Origin: a virus
Taxonomy: Duplodnaviria > Caudoviricetes
Virus record (IMG/VR): IMGVR_UViG_3300023283_000261
Span: 1 to 28,653 of that record
DNA: 28,653 nucleotides
Strand: one strand, 5' to 3'
Shown here one piece after another: positions 7,035 to 16,396 of the stretch. Below the pieces are notes generated by a model. The model searched no databases. It was not told where the DNA came from and saw only the letters and a program-made list of their open reading frames with translations. The position numbers and the translations under genes were made by a program. Within the stretch, counting starts at the first letter, position 1; each line of letters opens with the position of its first letter.

Positions 7035-10000
7035 GCCGCGCGCTTCTCCAGCAGTCGGTTGGTCTGGCCCGAGGCCCGGCGCAGGTTGTCGATGGCCTCG
7101 CCCTGGCGGCCCACGCGCTCTTCCAGGGCGGCCAGCCGGGCGTTGGCCTCGCCCAGCAGCGCCGCGACCCGGCCGACGGCCACGGTCGTGCGCTCGGCCG
7201 CCGCGACGATGGTGTCGTTGTCGCCGCCCGACAGCAGCCGTTCGCTCTCCGCCGCGTTGAAGACCCGGCTGGGCGGCCCGGTGAACAGCAGCTCGTCGTT
7301 GTGAATGCGCACCACCTCGCCGCCACCGGGGGTCATGCCGCCGGACTCGAACCCTTGCAGGCGATCGGGGTCGAGGCCCGCCGTCTCGGCCAGCGCCGCC
7401 GGCGAAAAGGTATCGGCGGGTCCACCGCCGACGGCCAGGGTAGCGCCGCTGCTGTCCAGCAGCGCGAAGGCGTTGCGGCCGTCATCCGCCTCTATGGGCT
7501 GGACACGGATATCGCCGCCCGTGTCCGCCGCATCGATGTCGCTCGCCACGGGGGAGAGCCTGGCGCGGGCCTCCTCGATGCCGATCGGCTCGACGCTGCC
7601 GCCCGATGTTTCGGGCCGCGCCGCGTCCCCGAGACCTGGGCGGCCCAGCCGGTCGAGCGCCTCGGCGATCGCCTCGGCCTGGCGATCGGCGGCGGCTTCG
7701 GTGGCGGCGATCTGGCGCTCGGAGGCGGCCTCGATGGCGGTGATCTGGCGCTCGGCGCTGGCCTCGATCTCGGTGATCTGGCGCTCTTCGGCCGTGATCT
7801 GCTGCTGGGCGTTGTCCCGCACGCGTTCCAGGATGCCCCGGACGCGCTCGTTCTCGGCCTTGAACGCGCCGAAGTCGCCGGAGAATTCGCGAAAGTCCTG
7901 CAGGTAATCGACGCTCAGCGTCTCCAGCGCAGCCGCCGCCTCGGGATCGCCCGCCAGCGCCCGCTGCGCCGTGTCCTCGAACTCCTGGCGCAGTGCTTCC
8001 ATCCGGCCGGTGGGGCCGAGCGGCGAGACCGACTCGTCGAAGCGCAGCCTGGTCAGGCCCCGGTCCAGGGACTCGGTCGCGCGCCGCCAGGCCGCGACCG
8101 CGTCTTCGCGCGCCCGGACCTCGGCCTGCGTCGCGTCCTCGATCTCGCGGATGCGGCTTTGGGTGGCGTCTGCGATGGCGCGCTCGCGCTCGCGCGCCAC
8201 GCGCTCGCTCTCGGCCAGCGCCGACGACAGCACCTCCAGCACCGGCGCGGCCTCTTCGGCACTGTCCGCGATGGACTGGATCACGGCGCCGATGCGTCCG
8301 GCGCTGTCGCGGTCCAGATCGCCGTCCTGCGCCGCCGCGATGGCCTCGCGCAGGACGCCGTCGAAGGCGCCGCCGTCCAGGCCACGCGCCACCACCTGCC
8401 GCGTCAAGCTGTCACCGAAGATATCGCTGTTCGCGGCGCGCTGCGCGGCTTGAGCGCGGCGGTCGAAATCCGCCGCCGCCGTCTGCGCCGCCTGCCCCGA
8501 TGCCGCCAGCACATCGGTCAGCACCCCGATAGCCGATGCCGCCGTATCACCCGAGTCCGCCACGTCCAGGATTTCCGCCGCGAAATCCCGCGCGACCTCA
8601 ACGTCCAGACTCCCGTTGATCTCCGACAGCACATCCGCGACGGCGGTGTCGCGCAGCCCCGCCGCCGTGATCCGCGTGTCGATTTTGGGAGAGCCAAAGA
8701 GGTCTGGATTGGATACCTGTGTCTGCGCCAGCCGGGCTTCCTCGCGCCGCTGCGCGGCGGCGCGCTCAGCCGCGCCCCGCGCCGACGCCGCCTCAACCGC
8801 CTCGATTGCGTCGAATATTCGGGCCGCGGCACCGCTCAAAGCCGCGAAGACGCCCTCGCTGCCGCCCAGGCGGGGCAAATCGAAATCGCCGAGGCCGTCG
8901 AACTGGCCCAGGAAGGCGGCGATGTCCTGCGCGGATCGCGACAGGTCCACACTCGCCGTCGTGGTGCCGCCATCGTCGTTGGGCAGTGTCACTTGCGCCT
9001 GGTCGCCGTCGAAGGTCGCCCCGACGGCCTCCAGCTCGGCGCGCAGGCGAGATCCGAATGTGCTGCGGGACGGCGCCGAGCCCACGAAATCGCTGATATC
9101 GTCCAGCACGTCCTGCGCCGTCGTCGTATTGGTGGTCCCTGCCAGCCGCTCCAGGAGCTGCGTCGCCGCCGGCGACCCACCGGCCTCGCGCACCCGCGAT
9201 ATGCCGCTGTCCCGGGCCGCCTCGATGCCCGTGCGATCGACGCCGATCTGTGCGATGTCTTGCTGCGCATCCTGCTGCGCGGCACGGAACCGCTGTGCCG
9301 CCTGCGCGACCGCGTCGCTGGCTTCCGTAACGGCCACGCCCAATGTATCCAGGATCGTGGACAGTCCGGGGACGTCGCTGGCCAGTGGCGCCAGCGCCTG
9401 CTCCAGCGCCCCGGCCTCGGTCGCCGTCAGGTCCAGCGCGCCGCCCACGCGCCGCTCCAGGATCGCCGCCATCTGCGTGGCGTCGATCTGACCGGTCGCC
9501 AGGGCGTCGGCCAGGCGGGTCGCACCGGCCGCCAGCTCGACCGCGCGCGCGCCCGCACCGCGCAGGCCGTCGGCCTCCAGCGCCAGCAGCGCCGCCCGGC
9601 GACGGCTCTCGGCCGTGGCCTCGGACACCGCCCCCGCCGCCTCCGTCGCGCGCTCGCCCAGCTCCGCCAGCGCGGCATCCAGGCCGGGAATCGACCCTTC
9701 AAGGACCTCAAAGACGTCTATCAGCGCCGGGATTTGATCCCTTGACACACCGGACAACGCCGCGTCGAAGCGCCGGTCGATGACGTCCGCGACGGTCTCG
9801 GCGGAGACGCCGACGGCATCCGCCTCTGTCCTCAGGGCGTCCAGCCCCTGACTCACGGCCAGGACGCGGTCGCCGACCCGGGACAGCCCTTCCGCCTCCA
9901 GGCGCAGGGACGCGGCGCGCCGATCCTCAGTCGCCGCGATCTGCTCGGCCACGCTCGCCTCGGCGGCGGATGCGCTGACGCCCAGGCGGTCCATGGTCTC

Positions 10001-13000
10001 GCGCAGGTCGGACGTGGGGTCCTGTACCCTGGCTAGCACCGCCTCCAGACGCTGCTGCTGCCGGGCCAGACCCGAGACGGACTCTGTCTCACTCTCGCGG
10101 ATGCCCAGCAGGCGCTCCAATACCGCGCGCGACGCCTCCCGCGCCTCGGCCAGGCGACGCTCGGACTCGGCGCTGGTGTCCACGTCCTCCTTGACGGTGC
10201 GCGTATCGGTCACCTCGCGCGTCTCGCCAGTGCGGCCGTTGACGACACGCTCAACGGTGACCTCTGCCTCGCGGGTACGGGTGATCGTCTCAGGGAATGC
10301 CTCTCGGACATTTGCGAGGAAATTGTCGATCGCGGTCAGCTCGTTGTCGATCTGCTGCTGAACCTGCTCGGTCAGGCGCTCACTATCAGGTCGGCCGGTC
10401 GTCAGCTCGCGGACGCGCGCGTCGAATTCGGCCCGGAAATCCAGGATGCCAAACGCCTCGTCGAGGGCGTCTTCCAGCGCCTCTTCGTTGCCCTCTTTGC
10501 CGGTGCGCGCCGCCTTGGCCAGAAAATCGGGCACCTCGGCATTGATCGCATCGAAGATCGTGACGAAGCGGTCGCCGATGGCCTGGGCGATCTCGCTTTG
10601 GTCGATTTCCTTGCCGACATCGACGTTGACGCCGTTGCCTTCGGCGAACGCCGCCCGCACGGCCTCGATTTCCGAGGCGGACAGCCGCTGTGCAACACGC
10701 TGGTCCAGCGGCGCGATCTGCCCGGTCAGGCCACGCTCGAATTCGCGGCCGCTGATGCCGCTTTCCTGCACCGCGATAAACCCAAAGGGCGTCTCGCGCC
10801 GCCCGGCCCCCGCGGTCAGGCCGTCGATTGTCGGCGCGGTCTCCAGGTTGAAATCCTTGCCGCCACCGCCGAATAGTCCCGAGATCAGCCCGCCCAGGCC
10901 GCCGCCGATCAGACCGCCCGCCAACGTGCCGATGCCCGGCACCACCGACCCAATGGCCGCGCCGCCGGCGGCCCCGATCCCTGACCCGACCTGGCCGCCC
11001 TCGCCGCCGACGAGGCTGTTGGCGAAGCTGCCCGCGCCAAAGCCCGCACCGGCGCCGCCCAGGAAGCCACTGAGCGTGGTGGACCCGAATAGCCCGCTCG
11101 TGTTCGGGCCGATAAAGCCTGGCGCACCCGCGCTCGCGCCCAGCGTTCCGCCGCCGGCGCCGCTGGCAAAGCCGAGGTTTGCGCCAAAGCCGTTGATCGC
11201 GCTGTTAATCCCACCAAAACCACCCGGCACCAGGTCCGCGCCCAGCGACCGGCCCAGGCCCAGCGCATCGCCCAAAGCGCCGCCGGTGGGGTCGAGGCCG
11301 CCTTGGGCGCCGCCAGTCCCGCCCAAGCTGGCGCCGGCCGCCCCCAGGACCTGGCCCACGGCCGGCAGCAGGAAGTTCTGGCTGATCCCCGCCGCTGCAA
11401 TGTCGGCAAACGCCCGGAACACGATGGCCTTGAAGCGGTCCATGATGTCGGCGACCGAATCGAGGTCGCCTTCCAGGCCGTCCACGATGACGTCGCTCAC
11501 CGTCCGCTGGATGGACCGGCCGACCTCCTCGTAAACCCCGCGCAGGACGTCCGCCGTCTCCTGTCCGGTCTCGGCCTGGCGCTCGATCGCCTCCCGCGTC
11601 CGCTCGGCCTGGGTTTCCAAATCAACCGTCTCGGCGATCAGACGACGCTTGGCCGCGATCTCCGCGTCGGTCAACTCGATGCCGCGCTCGCGGGCGCGGT
11701 TGGTGACCTCCAGGAGGCGTTCCTCGATGCGCCGGCTGCGTTCGTCCAGAGCGGCGATGCGCAGGCGCTCGCGCGCGGTGGCGAGTTCCCGCTCCAGCGA
11801 CTGCTGGAGTTCCTGGCGGGCCTCGGTGGCGTCCTTCTGGGCGCGCTGCTCGTCGCGCAGGGCCTTGACCTTGGCCTTGAGCGCCTCGCTGTGCTCGTTC
11901 TCCCGCAGGATCAGCCGCGCGAGGCGGTCGGCCAGGGTGTCGCCGCTGATCCCGGCGGCGTCCAGCGCCGCCCGCACCGCCGGCAGGTCCTCGTCCGAAA
12001 GGTCGGCCAGGATCGCCTGGGCTTCCTGAAAGGCCCGAGTCGCCTCCAGGCGCTCCAGCCCGGCCTCCCCGCCGTCGCCGAAGGCCGCCAGTTGCTCGCG
12101 CAGATTGGCAACCGACTGCGCCAGTTCGCCGACCTTGCCGCTGCTGGCTTCGGCGGCGGCGCCCAGGTCGTCGGGGCTGTCGCCGCTTTCTTCGAGCCGC
12201 TTGCGCAGAGCCGCGACGCTATCGGCCGCTAGTCGCGCCTGCTCGCGCAACTGGGCCAGCCGGTCGCTGGTGGCGTCCTCGGTCGGGCCAGGGCGCGGCA
12301 TACCCTCGACCACCGACCGGTTCAGCGCGACCTGGGCCTCGATCTCCGCGATCGTCTGCAGGGCATTGGCGCGGCGCGTCTCTGCTTCGTCGAGCTTCTG
12401 CTGCGCCGTCTCCCGGCTCATCTTCTGTCCGCTGGCCAGCTCCTGCTGCAACTGGCGCGATGCCGCGATCTCGGCCTGCGTCGCCGCCTCGGCCTCGTTC
12501 GTCCGCTGACTCAGCGAGGCCATCGCCCCGGCGGCGAGGAGGGCCAGACCGGCCGGGCCGCCGGCCAGCGCCAGCGCCGCGTTCAGGCCGCGCGCCGCCA
12601 CCGCCGCCGCCGTCATGGACGCGGACACCCGCCGGCTCGCAATATCGTAAACCGCCAGGTTACGCGCGGCAGCAGCGGCGGACGAGGAAACCCGGCCCAG
12701 CCCGATGGCGGCCACCGCCGTGCCCAAGGCCACGGCGCCGTCCGCCACGGTCTCGAAGTTGTCGGCCAGGGCGATAATGCCCTGGGCCAGCGTGCTGGTG
12801 GCGCTGGTCGCCTCGTCGGCACCGGCAATCCACGCCCCGACCGCGTTGTTGAGCACGGTGAGCGCCTGGCCGACGGTGGCCTCGGTGCGCTCGAATTCTT
12901 CTTGGAGCTGCGGCAACTGCGACAGGAAGGCGTCGAAGAAGTCGCGGCTGGAGACCGCGCCCTCGTTGACCAGCGTGCGCAGCTGGGCGACCGAGCCGCC

Positions 13001-13657
13001 GGCCGCGTCCAAACCGTCCGCCACGGCACGGGCAATCCGTGGCGCCCCCTCCAGGATCGAGGTGAACTCCTCGGCGCGAACGACGGTGCCGCCGATCGCC
13101 TGCGAGAGCTGCAACAGCGCCCCGCTGGCGTCCTGCGCGTTGCCGCCGGACACCGCGATCGCCTGGCCCACGCCTTCGGTGAAACGGAGCAGGTCGGCCT
13201 GATCGCGCCCCAATTCCTGCGCCGCGATCGAAAGGCGCTGGAAGAGCTGGACATTGGCCGAAAACTCGGTGCGCGTGCGCTGGGCGATCTCGAACAGCTG
13301 CTGGGTCGTGCCGGCGACGTTGCCGGTCTCGCCCTGGACCACGCGCAGCGCGTTGCCCGCGCTGCGCCACGTGTCCGCGTACTGGATCACCTCGCGGATG
13401 CCGAGGCCGACGCCCAGCGCCTGCACCGCGCGTAGCAGCACCTGCGCCTGCGATCCGGCACCTACCCAGGTCTCGCGCAGATCCTCGTAGTTTGTGCTGG
13501 CGCGTTCGGCTTGGCGGCCGGATTGGCGCACGGCCTCGCTGGCCTCGCGGCTGCCGCGGCCGAAGCGCTCCAGCTCCTGCTGGGAGAGCCGCATCTCGCC
13601 GCGGAAGCCCTGGTTGTCCGCGGTGAGGGTAATGCCGACGACGACGTCTTCGGCCAC
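7031..13657 (-). CDS. Tape measure protein (2208 aa)
   Basis: GTG start with gggagg RBS; tape-measure N-terminal domain (LFEIAQRTR...ALLQLSQAIGGTVVRAEEFTSILEGAP), long Ala/Glu helical body, Gly-rich hydrophobic segment, C-terminal GFESGG motif; follows chaperone pair. Confidence 0.95.
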   Translation of the reverse strand: MAEDVVVGITLTADNQGFRGEMRLSQQELERFGRGSREASEAVRQSGRQAERASTNYEDLRETWVGAGSQAQVLLRAVQALGVGLGIREVIQYADTWRSAGNALRVVQGETGNVAGTTQQLFEIAQRTRTEFSANVQLFQRLSIAAQELGRDQADLLRFTEGVGQAIAVSGGNAQDASGALLQLSQAIGGTVVRAEEFTSILEGAPRIARAVADGLDAAGGSVAQLRTLVNEGAVSSRDFFDAFLSQLPQLQEEFERTEATVGQALTVLNNAVGAWIAGADEATSATSTLAQGIIALADNFETVADGAVALGTAVAAIGLGRVSSSAAAAARNLAVYDIASRRVSASMTAAAVAARGLNAALALAGGPAGLALLAAGAMASLSQRTNEAEAATQAEIAASRQLQQELASGQKMSRETAQQKLDEAETRRANALQTIAEIEAQVALNRSVVEGMPRPGPTEDATSDRLAQLREQARLAADSVAALRKRLEESGDSPDDLGAAAEASSGKVGELAQSVANLREQLAAFGDGGEAGLERLEATRAFQEAQAILADLSDEDLPAVRAALDAAGISGDTLADRLARLILRENEHSEALKAKVKALRDEQRAQKDATEARQELQQSLERELATARERLRIAALDERSRRIEERLLEVTNRARERGIELTDAEIAAKRRLIAETVDLETQAERTREAIERQAETGQETADVLRGVYEEVGRSIQRTVSDVIVDGLEGDLDSVADIMDRFKAIVFRAFADIAAAGISQNFLLPAVGQVLGAAGASLGGTGGAQGGLDPTGGALGDALGLGRSLGADLVPGGFGGINSAINGFGANLGFASGAGGGTLGASAGAPGFIGPNTSGLFGSTTLSGFLGGAGAGFGAGSFANSLVGGEGGQVGSGIGAAGGAAIGSVVPGIGTLAGGLIGGGLGGLISGLFGGGGKDFNLETAPTIDGLTAGAGRRETPFGFIAVQESGISGREFERGLTGQIAPLDQRVAQRLSASEIEAVRAAFAEGNGVNVDVGKEIDQSEIAQAIGDRFVTIFDAINAEVPDFLAKAARTGKEGNEEALEDALDEAFGILDFRAEFDARVRELTTGRPDSERLTEQVQQQIDNELTAIDNFLANVREAFPETITRTREAEVTVERVVNGRTGETREVTDTRTVKEDVDTSAESERRLAEAREASRAVLERLLGIRESETESVSGLARQQQRLEAVLARVQDPTSDLRETMDRLGVSASAAEASVAEQIAATEDRRAASLRLEAEGLSRVGDRVLAVSQGLDALRTEADAVGVSAETVADVIDRRFDAALSGVSRDQIPALIDVFEVLEGSIPGLDAALAELGERATEAAGAVSEATAESRRRAALLALEADGLRGAGARAVELAAGATRLADALATGQIDATQMAAILERRVGGALDLTATEAGALEQALAPLASDVPGLSTILDTLGVAVTEASDAVAQAAQRFRAAQQDAQQDIAQIGVDRTGIEAARDSGISRVREAGGSPAATQLLERLAGTTNTTTAQDVLDDISDFVGSAPSRSTFGSRLRAELEAVGATFDGDQAQVTLPNDDGGTTTASVDLSRSAQDIAAFLGQFDGLGDFDLPRLGGSEGVFAALSGAAARIFDAIEAVEAASARGAAERAAAQRREEARLAQTQVSNPDLFGSPKIDTRITAAGLRDTAVADVLSEINGSLDVEVARDFAAEILDVADSGDTAASAIGVLTDVLAASGQAAQTAAADFDRRAQAAQRAANSDIFGDSLTRQVVARGLDGGAFDGVLREAIAAAQDGDLDRDSAGRIGAVIQSIADSAEEAAPVLEVLSSALAESERVARERERAIADATQSRIREIEDATQAEVRAREDAVAAWRRATESLDRGLTRLRFDESVSPLGPTGRMEALRQEFEDTAQRALAGDPEAAAALETLSVDYLQDFREFSGDFGAFKAENERVRGILERVRDNAQQQITAEERQITEIEASAERQITAIEAASERQIAATEAAADRQAEAIAEALDRLGRPGLGDAARPETSGGSVEPIGIEEARARLSPVASDIDAADTGGDIRVQPIEADDGRNAFALLDSSGATLAVGGGPADTFSPAALAETAGLDPDRLQGFESGGMTPGGGEVVRIHNDELLFTGPPSRVFNAAESERLLSGGDNDTIVAAAERTTVAVGRVAALLGEANARLAALEERVGRQGEAIDNLRRASGQTNRLLEKRAA

Positions 13658-13660
13658 GGC

Positions 13661-14113
13661 CTACCTCCCGCGCCCCGTGGCGCGCTTGAGGGCCTGGCTG
13701 TGCTGCTCCTGGAGGACCTTGAGCGCCGCCGCTTCCATGATCCGCAGGCCCTGGAAGATCGCCGGGCGGCGCTTCTTCTTGATGGCGAGCATGCGCAGCA
13801 CCGCCTCGACCCGGCCGTAGTCCAGGCTGACCGGCGCGGCCGATTGGCCGGCATAGCACCACTGGGTCTGGCAGGAGAGGAACACCCGGACGATCTCCGC
13901 GTTGCAGGGCAGGATGGGCAGGGGGCCGTTCCGATGCGTGGCGCCCCGCCTGTCTCCCTGGGGCGCGGACAGATACGCCGCCACCACCTCGGACGAGGCG
14001 CCCCAGGCGCTCAGTTGGTCTTCGACGCTTTCTTCTTCGGCGCTTTCTTCCGGCTCTTGTGCGCGCCGCCGTCCGCCGCGGGCCCAGAGGCGCGCGGCGT
14101 CTCGGAGTTTTTT
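13661..14113 (-). CDS. Tail assembly chaperone GT-type C-terminal part (DUF1799-like), probably expressed by -1 frameshift from the upstream chaperone
   Basis: 'VFLSCQTQW...LDYGRVEAVLRM...IFQGLRIMEAAAL' motif; -1 frame relative to 14011..14481, entered at A AAA AAC (14113-14107). Confidence 0.8.
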   Translation of the reverse strand, partial: KKLRDAARLWARGGRRRAQEPEESAEEESVEDQLSAWGASSEVVAAYLSAPQGDRRGATHRNGPLPILPCNAEIVRVFLSCQTQWCYAGQSAAPVSLDYGRVEAVLRMLAIKKKRRPAIFQGLRIMEAAALKVLQEQHSQALKRATGRGR

Positions 14114-14481
14114 GCCGGCGCGCCCTTCGCCATTTGCAGGATCGCCTGCCAGACCCCGGCGCGGACGTTGGCCCGTCGCAGCAGCAGGGGCTTGACCTCG
14201 TCGTCGCAGGGCAACTCCCGGCCGTCCGCGCTGCGCACGTTCTTCCAGTCGCGGACCTTGTGATAGAGCCGGTCGCTCTCGGTGCAGAGCGCGTCCGCGG
14301 GCGGAAAGTGGCCGCTGGCCGAGCCGGGCTTGATGTCGGCCAGGATCGCGGGCTCGTCTTCGTAGGCCAACAGCATCTCGACGCGGTGTTCCCGCAGGAC
14401 CCCACCGTCGGCCGGAATATTGATGAGGACCGGCCACCAGATTTCGGCCGGGGCGTCGAAGTCGAAGGCGATCTCGCTCAC
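14011..14481 (-). CDS. Tail assembly chaperone (lambda gpG-like, 156 aa)
   Basis: Between tail tube and TMP; 'WWPVLINIPADGG', 'VRDWKNVRSADGRELP', slippery 'AKN' motif. Confidence 0.85.
   Translation of the reverse strand: MSEIAFDFDAPAEIWWPVLINIPADGGVLREHRVEMLLAYEDEPAILADIKPGSASGHFPPADALCTESDRLYHKVRDWKNVRSADGRELPCDDEVKPLLLRRANVRAGVWQAILQMAKGAPAKNSETPRASGPAADGGAHKSRKKAPKKKASKTN
14107..14113 (-). other. Programmed -1 frameshift slippery heptamer A AAA AAC
   Basis: Minus strand GCA AAA AAC TCC in chaperone frame; -1 slip gives K-K-L-R-D-A-A-R-L-W, continuing to stop at 13661. Confidence 0.85.
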
Positions 14482-14513
14482 GGATCACAGCTCCCTTATG
14501 CCAGTGCGGGCCG

Positions 14514-14596
14514 CGGACGCTCAGGCGCCGCGCGGGTCAAATCCGGACGCTCAAGCGCCGCGCGGGTCAAATCCGGACGCTCAAGCGCCGCGCGGG
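14514..14596 (+). repeat. 30-bp tandem repeat array A (about 2.8 copies), core GACGCTCARGCGCCGCGCGGG
   Basis: cggacgctca(g/a)gcgccgcgcgggtcaaatc at 14514 and 14544, partial at 14574; intergenic. Confidence 0.95.
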
Positions 14597-14600
14597 CTGG

Positions 14601-14637
14601 GCCAAGGCGCGATGCATGACGATCATCGCGCCTTGGC
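14601..14637. terminator. Perfect 14-bp hairpin immediately after tail tube stop codon
   Basis: gccaaggcgcgatg (14601-14614) / catcgcgccttggc (14624-14637), 9-nt loop; no U-tract, so it may be a stabilising/processing stem. Confidence 0.6.
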
Positions 14638-14638
14638 A

Positions 14639-15907
14639 TTACTTGATTCCGATCTTCAGCTCGTCGTTGCCGGCGTCGGTGGGCAGCAGGTTCATGTCGA
14701 GTTGCAGCATCGCCACGCCCTGCTCCTCGCTGTAGCGGGGATTGGCCAACTCGGCCCGGGGCGCGGAGAGGTGCACGGTCTCGCCCCGGTTCAGGCCGTG
14801 GATGACCTCGACGGCAACTGTCGCGTTGTTGGCCGCGATGTCCGCGAAGAAGTTCTTCGTGGCCACGTCCGGGGCCTCGATGGTCACGGAGTTGGAGTTC
14901 GACTGGCGGTCGGTGATCTCGACGGTGTTCTGACCGACGAGCGAGCGCTTGTTGACGCTCTGCCCCAGGTCCACCGACCAGCTGCGCAGCGGGAATTCGA
15001 TCCCGTCGATCGCGAACCAGGGCGTGGACACATCCTCAACCGGAATCGGGTCCTGGAAGGCGGAGAAGTCCACGGACTGCGGCCCTTCGGAGGTCGGTTC
15101 GCCGAACAGGGCGACGACGTTGTAGATAAAGTCCAGGTAGTTGTTGGCCTCCAGGTTGAAGCCGAAGTTTGACCGAAGGCCCGCCATCGGGTGACGGTTG
15201 CGGTCCAGCTGCACGAAGGCATGGGCGCTGTCGAAGTTATTCGACACCGGCATGTAGAAAGTGCCGGGCGCGGTCAGGTCGATCGTGAAGGTGTCCCCGA
15301 CCGCGAAGTCGGTGCCCACCGTGGGCTCAATGGTGGCGCCGCCCGGCAGCGGGAAGGGCTGGGCGTCGGTCATCACCACGCCGGTCTCATTATGGGCCGT
15401 CAGGTGCCGCGTCGCCGGCGCGGAGACGGTGAACTCCGCCACGCCGGACGCGCCCGGCGCGGTGCATTCCAGGGTCACGGTGCGGTCCAGCACGCCCTGG
15501 TACGGATCGCCGGCGGTGTAGGTGAAGCTGCCCGTCGGCGCGTTGTCGGGATCGGGCGTCGGCGGCGAGGCCTGGATGGTCGCGTCGGGGCCGACGATGG
15601 TCTCGGCCAGGCCCGCCGCCCGGGTCAGGGCCGAGTGCGGCGGCGCCGTGCCGGCGTCTAGCGCGGTTACGCCGGCCGCGACGGCATCCAGGCGGAAGCT
15701 CGCCTCGACCCGCTTGTTGACCATCGCGCTTTCCTGTGCGCCCAGGAAGGGGCGGACGAGATCCCGGTTGATCCGGTCGCCGGCAAGCGGCGTGATCTGG
15801 AGATCCTTGGCCAGGACGGCGTGCGCCGACGCCCAGGGGCTGGGCAGTTCGCCGTAGGTGTCTTCGTGCTGAAGCAGCAGCACGCGTTCACGCCAGTTCA
15901 GCGACAT
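14639..15907 (-). CDS. Major tail tube protein (422 aa) with an internal beta-rich insertion
   Basis: 'EDTYG...ITPLAGDRINRDLVRPFLG...YMPVS...LLPTDAGNDELKI' matches siphophage tail tube type; position before chaperones and TMP. Confidence 0.88.
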   Translation of the reverse strand: MSLNWRERVLLLQHEDTYGELPSPWASAHAVLAKDLQITPLAGDRINRDLVRPFLGAQESAMVNKRVEASFRLDAVAAGVTALDAGTAPPHSALTRAAGLAETIVGPDATIQASPPTPDPDNAPTGSFTYTAGDPYQGVLDRTVTLECTAPGASGVAEFTVSAPATRHLTAHNETGVVMTDAQPFPLPGGATIEPTVGTDFAVGDTFTIDLTAPGTFYMPVSNNFDSAHAFVQLDRNRHPMAGLRSNFGFNLEANNYLDFIYNVVALFGEPTSEGPQSVDFSAFQDPIPVEDVSTPWFAIDGIEFPLRSWSVDLGQSVNKRSLVGQNTVEITDRQSNSNSVTIEAPDVATKNFFADIAANNATVAVEVIHGLNRGETVHLSAPRAELANPRYSEEQGVAMLQLDMNLLPTDAGNDELKIGIK

Positions 15908-15910
15908 GGC

Positions 15911-16396
15911 TTACTCCTCTGTCTGGAGATCGGTGTCGACCGCCGGGGGCGTCCACCTCCGGGGTGGCGCCTTGAACGCGGCCCAGGCGCGGTCGCGGTC
16001 CTCGGCCGTGACGGACCAGCCAAGGACCGCCTCAAGTGCGCTGGTCCTGGGGCGGCCGTCCTGGGTGCGCGCCTCGGCGGGCGTGCGGCCCGCCGAGATG
16101 TCGGCCAGGACCGCCGCGATCGCGTCGTTCACCGCGCGCAGCGCCTCGCCGTCGTCCGTTGGCCGGTCGGCGGGCAGATAGAGGCCCTCGACCGCTTCCC
16201 CAGCCCGCGCGGCGCCTGAGCGCCTTGGTCCAGCCCGCGCGGCGCCTGAGCGCCTCGGTCCAGCCCGCGCGGCGCCTGAGCGCCTTGGTGGGGCGGGCGC
16301 GGCCTGCTTGCGTGCCTCGGCGCGGCTCGGGGTGCGGGTCGGCGACTCGTGGGTGTAGCCGCCCCCGGCGTGCCGGATGTAACGTCCACCGGACAT
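15911..16396 (-). CDS. Hypothetical protein (161 aa) with three RRSGAARAG(P) repeats and C-terminal 'DGRP...ALE...G..V...RD.AW' motif
   Basis: ATG 16396 overlaps upstream TGA; ends 3 bp before tube ATG; the C-terminal motif resembles small helical domains in Mu-like neck-region proteins (recall). Confidence 0.75.
   Translation of the reverse strand: MSGGRYIRHAGGGYTHESPTRTPSRAEARKQAAPAPPRRSGAARAGPRRSGAARAGPRRSGAARAGEAVEGLYLPADRPTDDGEALRAVNDAIAAVLADISAGRTPAEARTQDGRPRTSALEAVLGWSVTAEDRDRAWAAFKAPPRRWTPPAVDTDLQTEE
16201..16290 (-). repeat. 30-bp tandem repeat array B (3 copies), in-frame within CDS; same core as array A in opposite orientation
   Basis: Plus strand cagcccgcgcggcgcctgagcgcct(t/c)ggt(c/g) x3. 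Confidence 0.95.

Noticed and set aside
3124-9745. Long plus-strand ORFs (589, 753, 814 aa)
   Set aside because: Antisense shadows of high-GC3 tail genes; no motifs, no RBS, Arg/Gly/Ala-biased composition.
12660-14488. ORF-track starts at 14405 (581 aa) and 14488 (275 aa)
   Set aside because: The first is an off-frame overlap of chaperone/TMP. The second is credible only downstream of the slippery site at 14113.
14514-16290. 30-bp arrays as CRISPR arrays
   Set aside because: Units are head-to-tail with essentially identical ~9-bp linkers, no unique spacers, and no cas genes.
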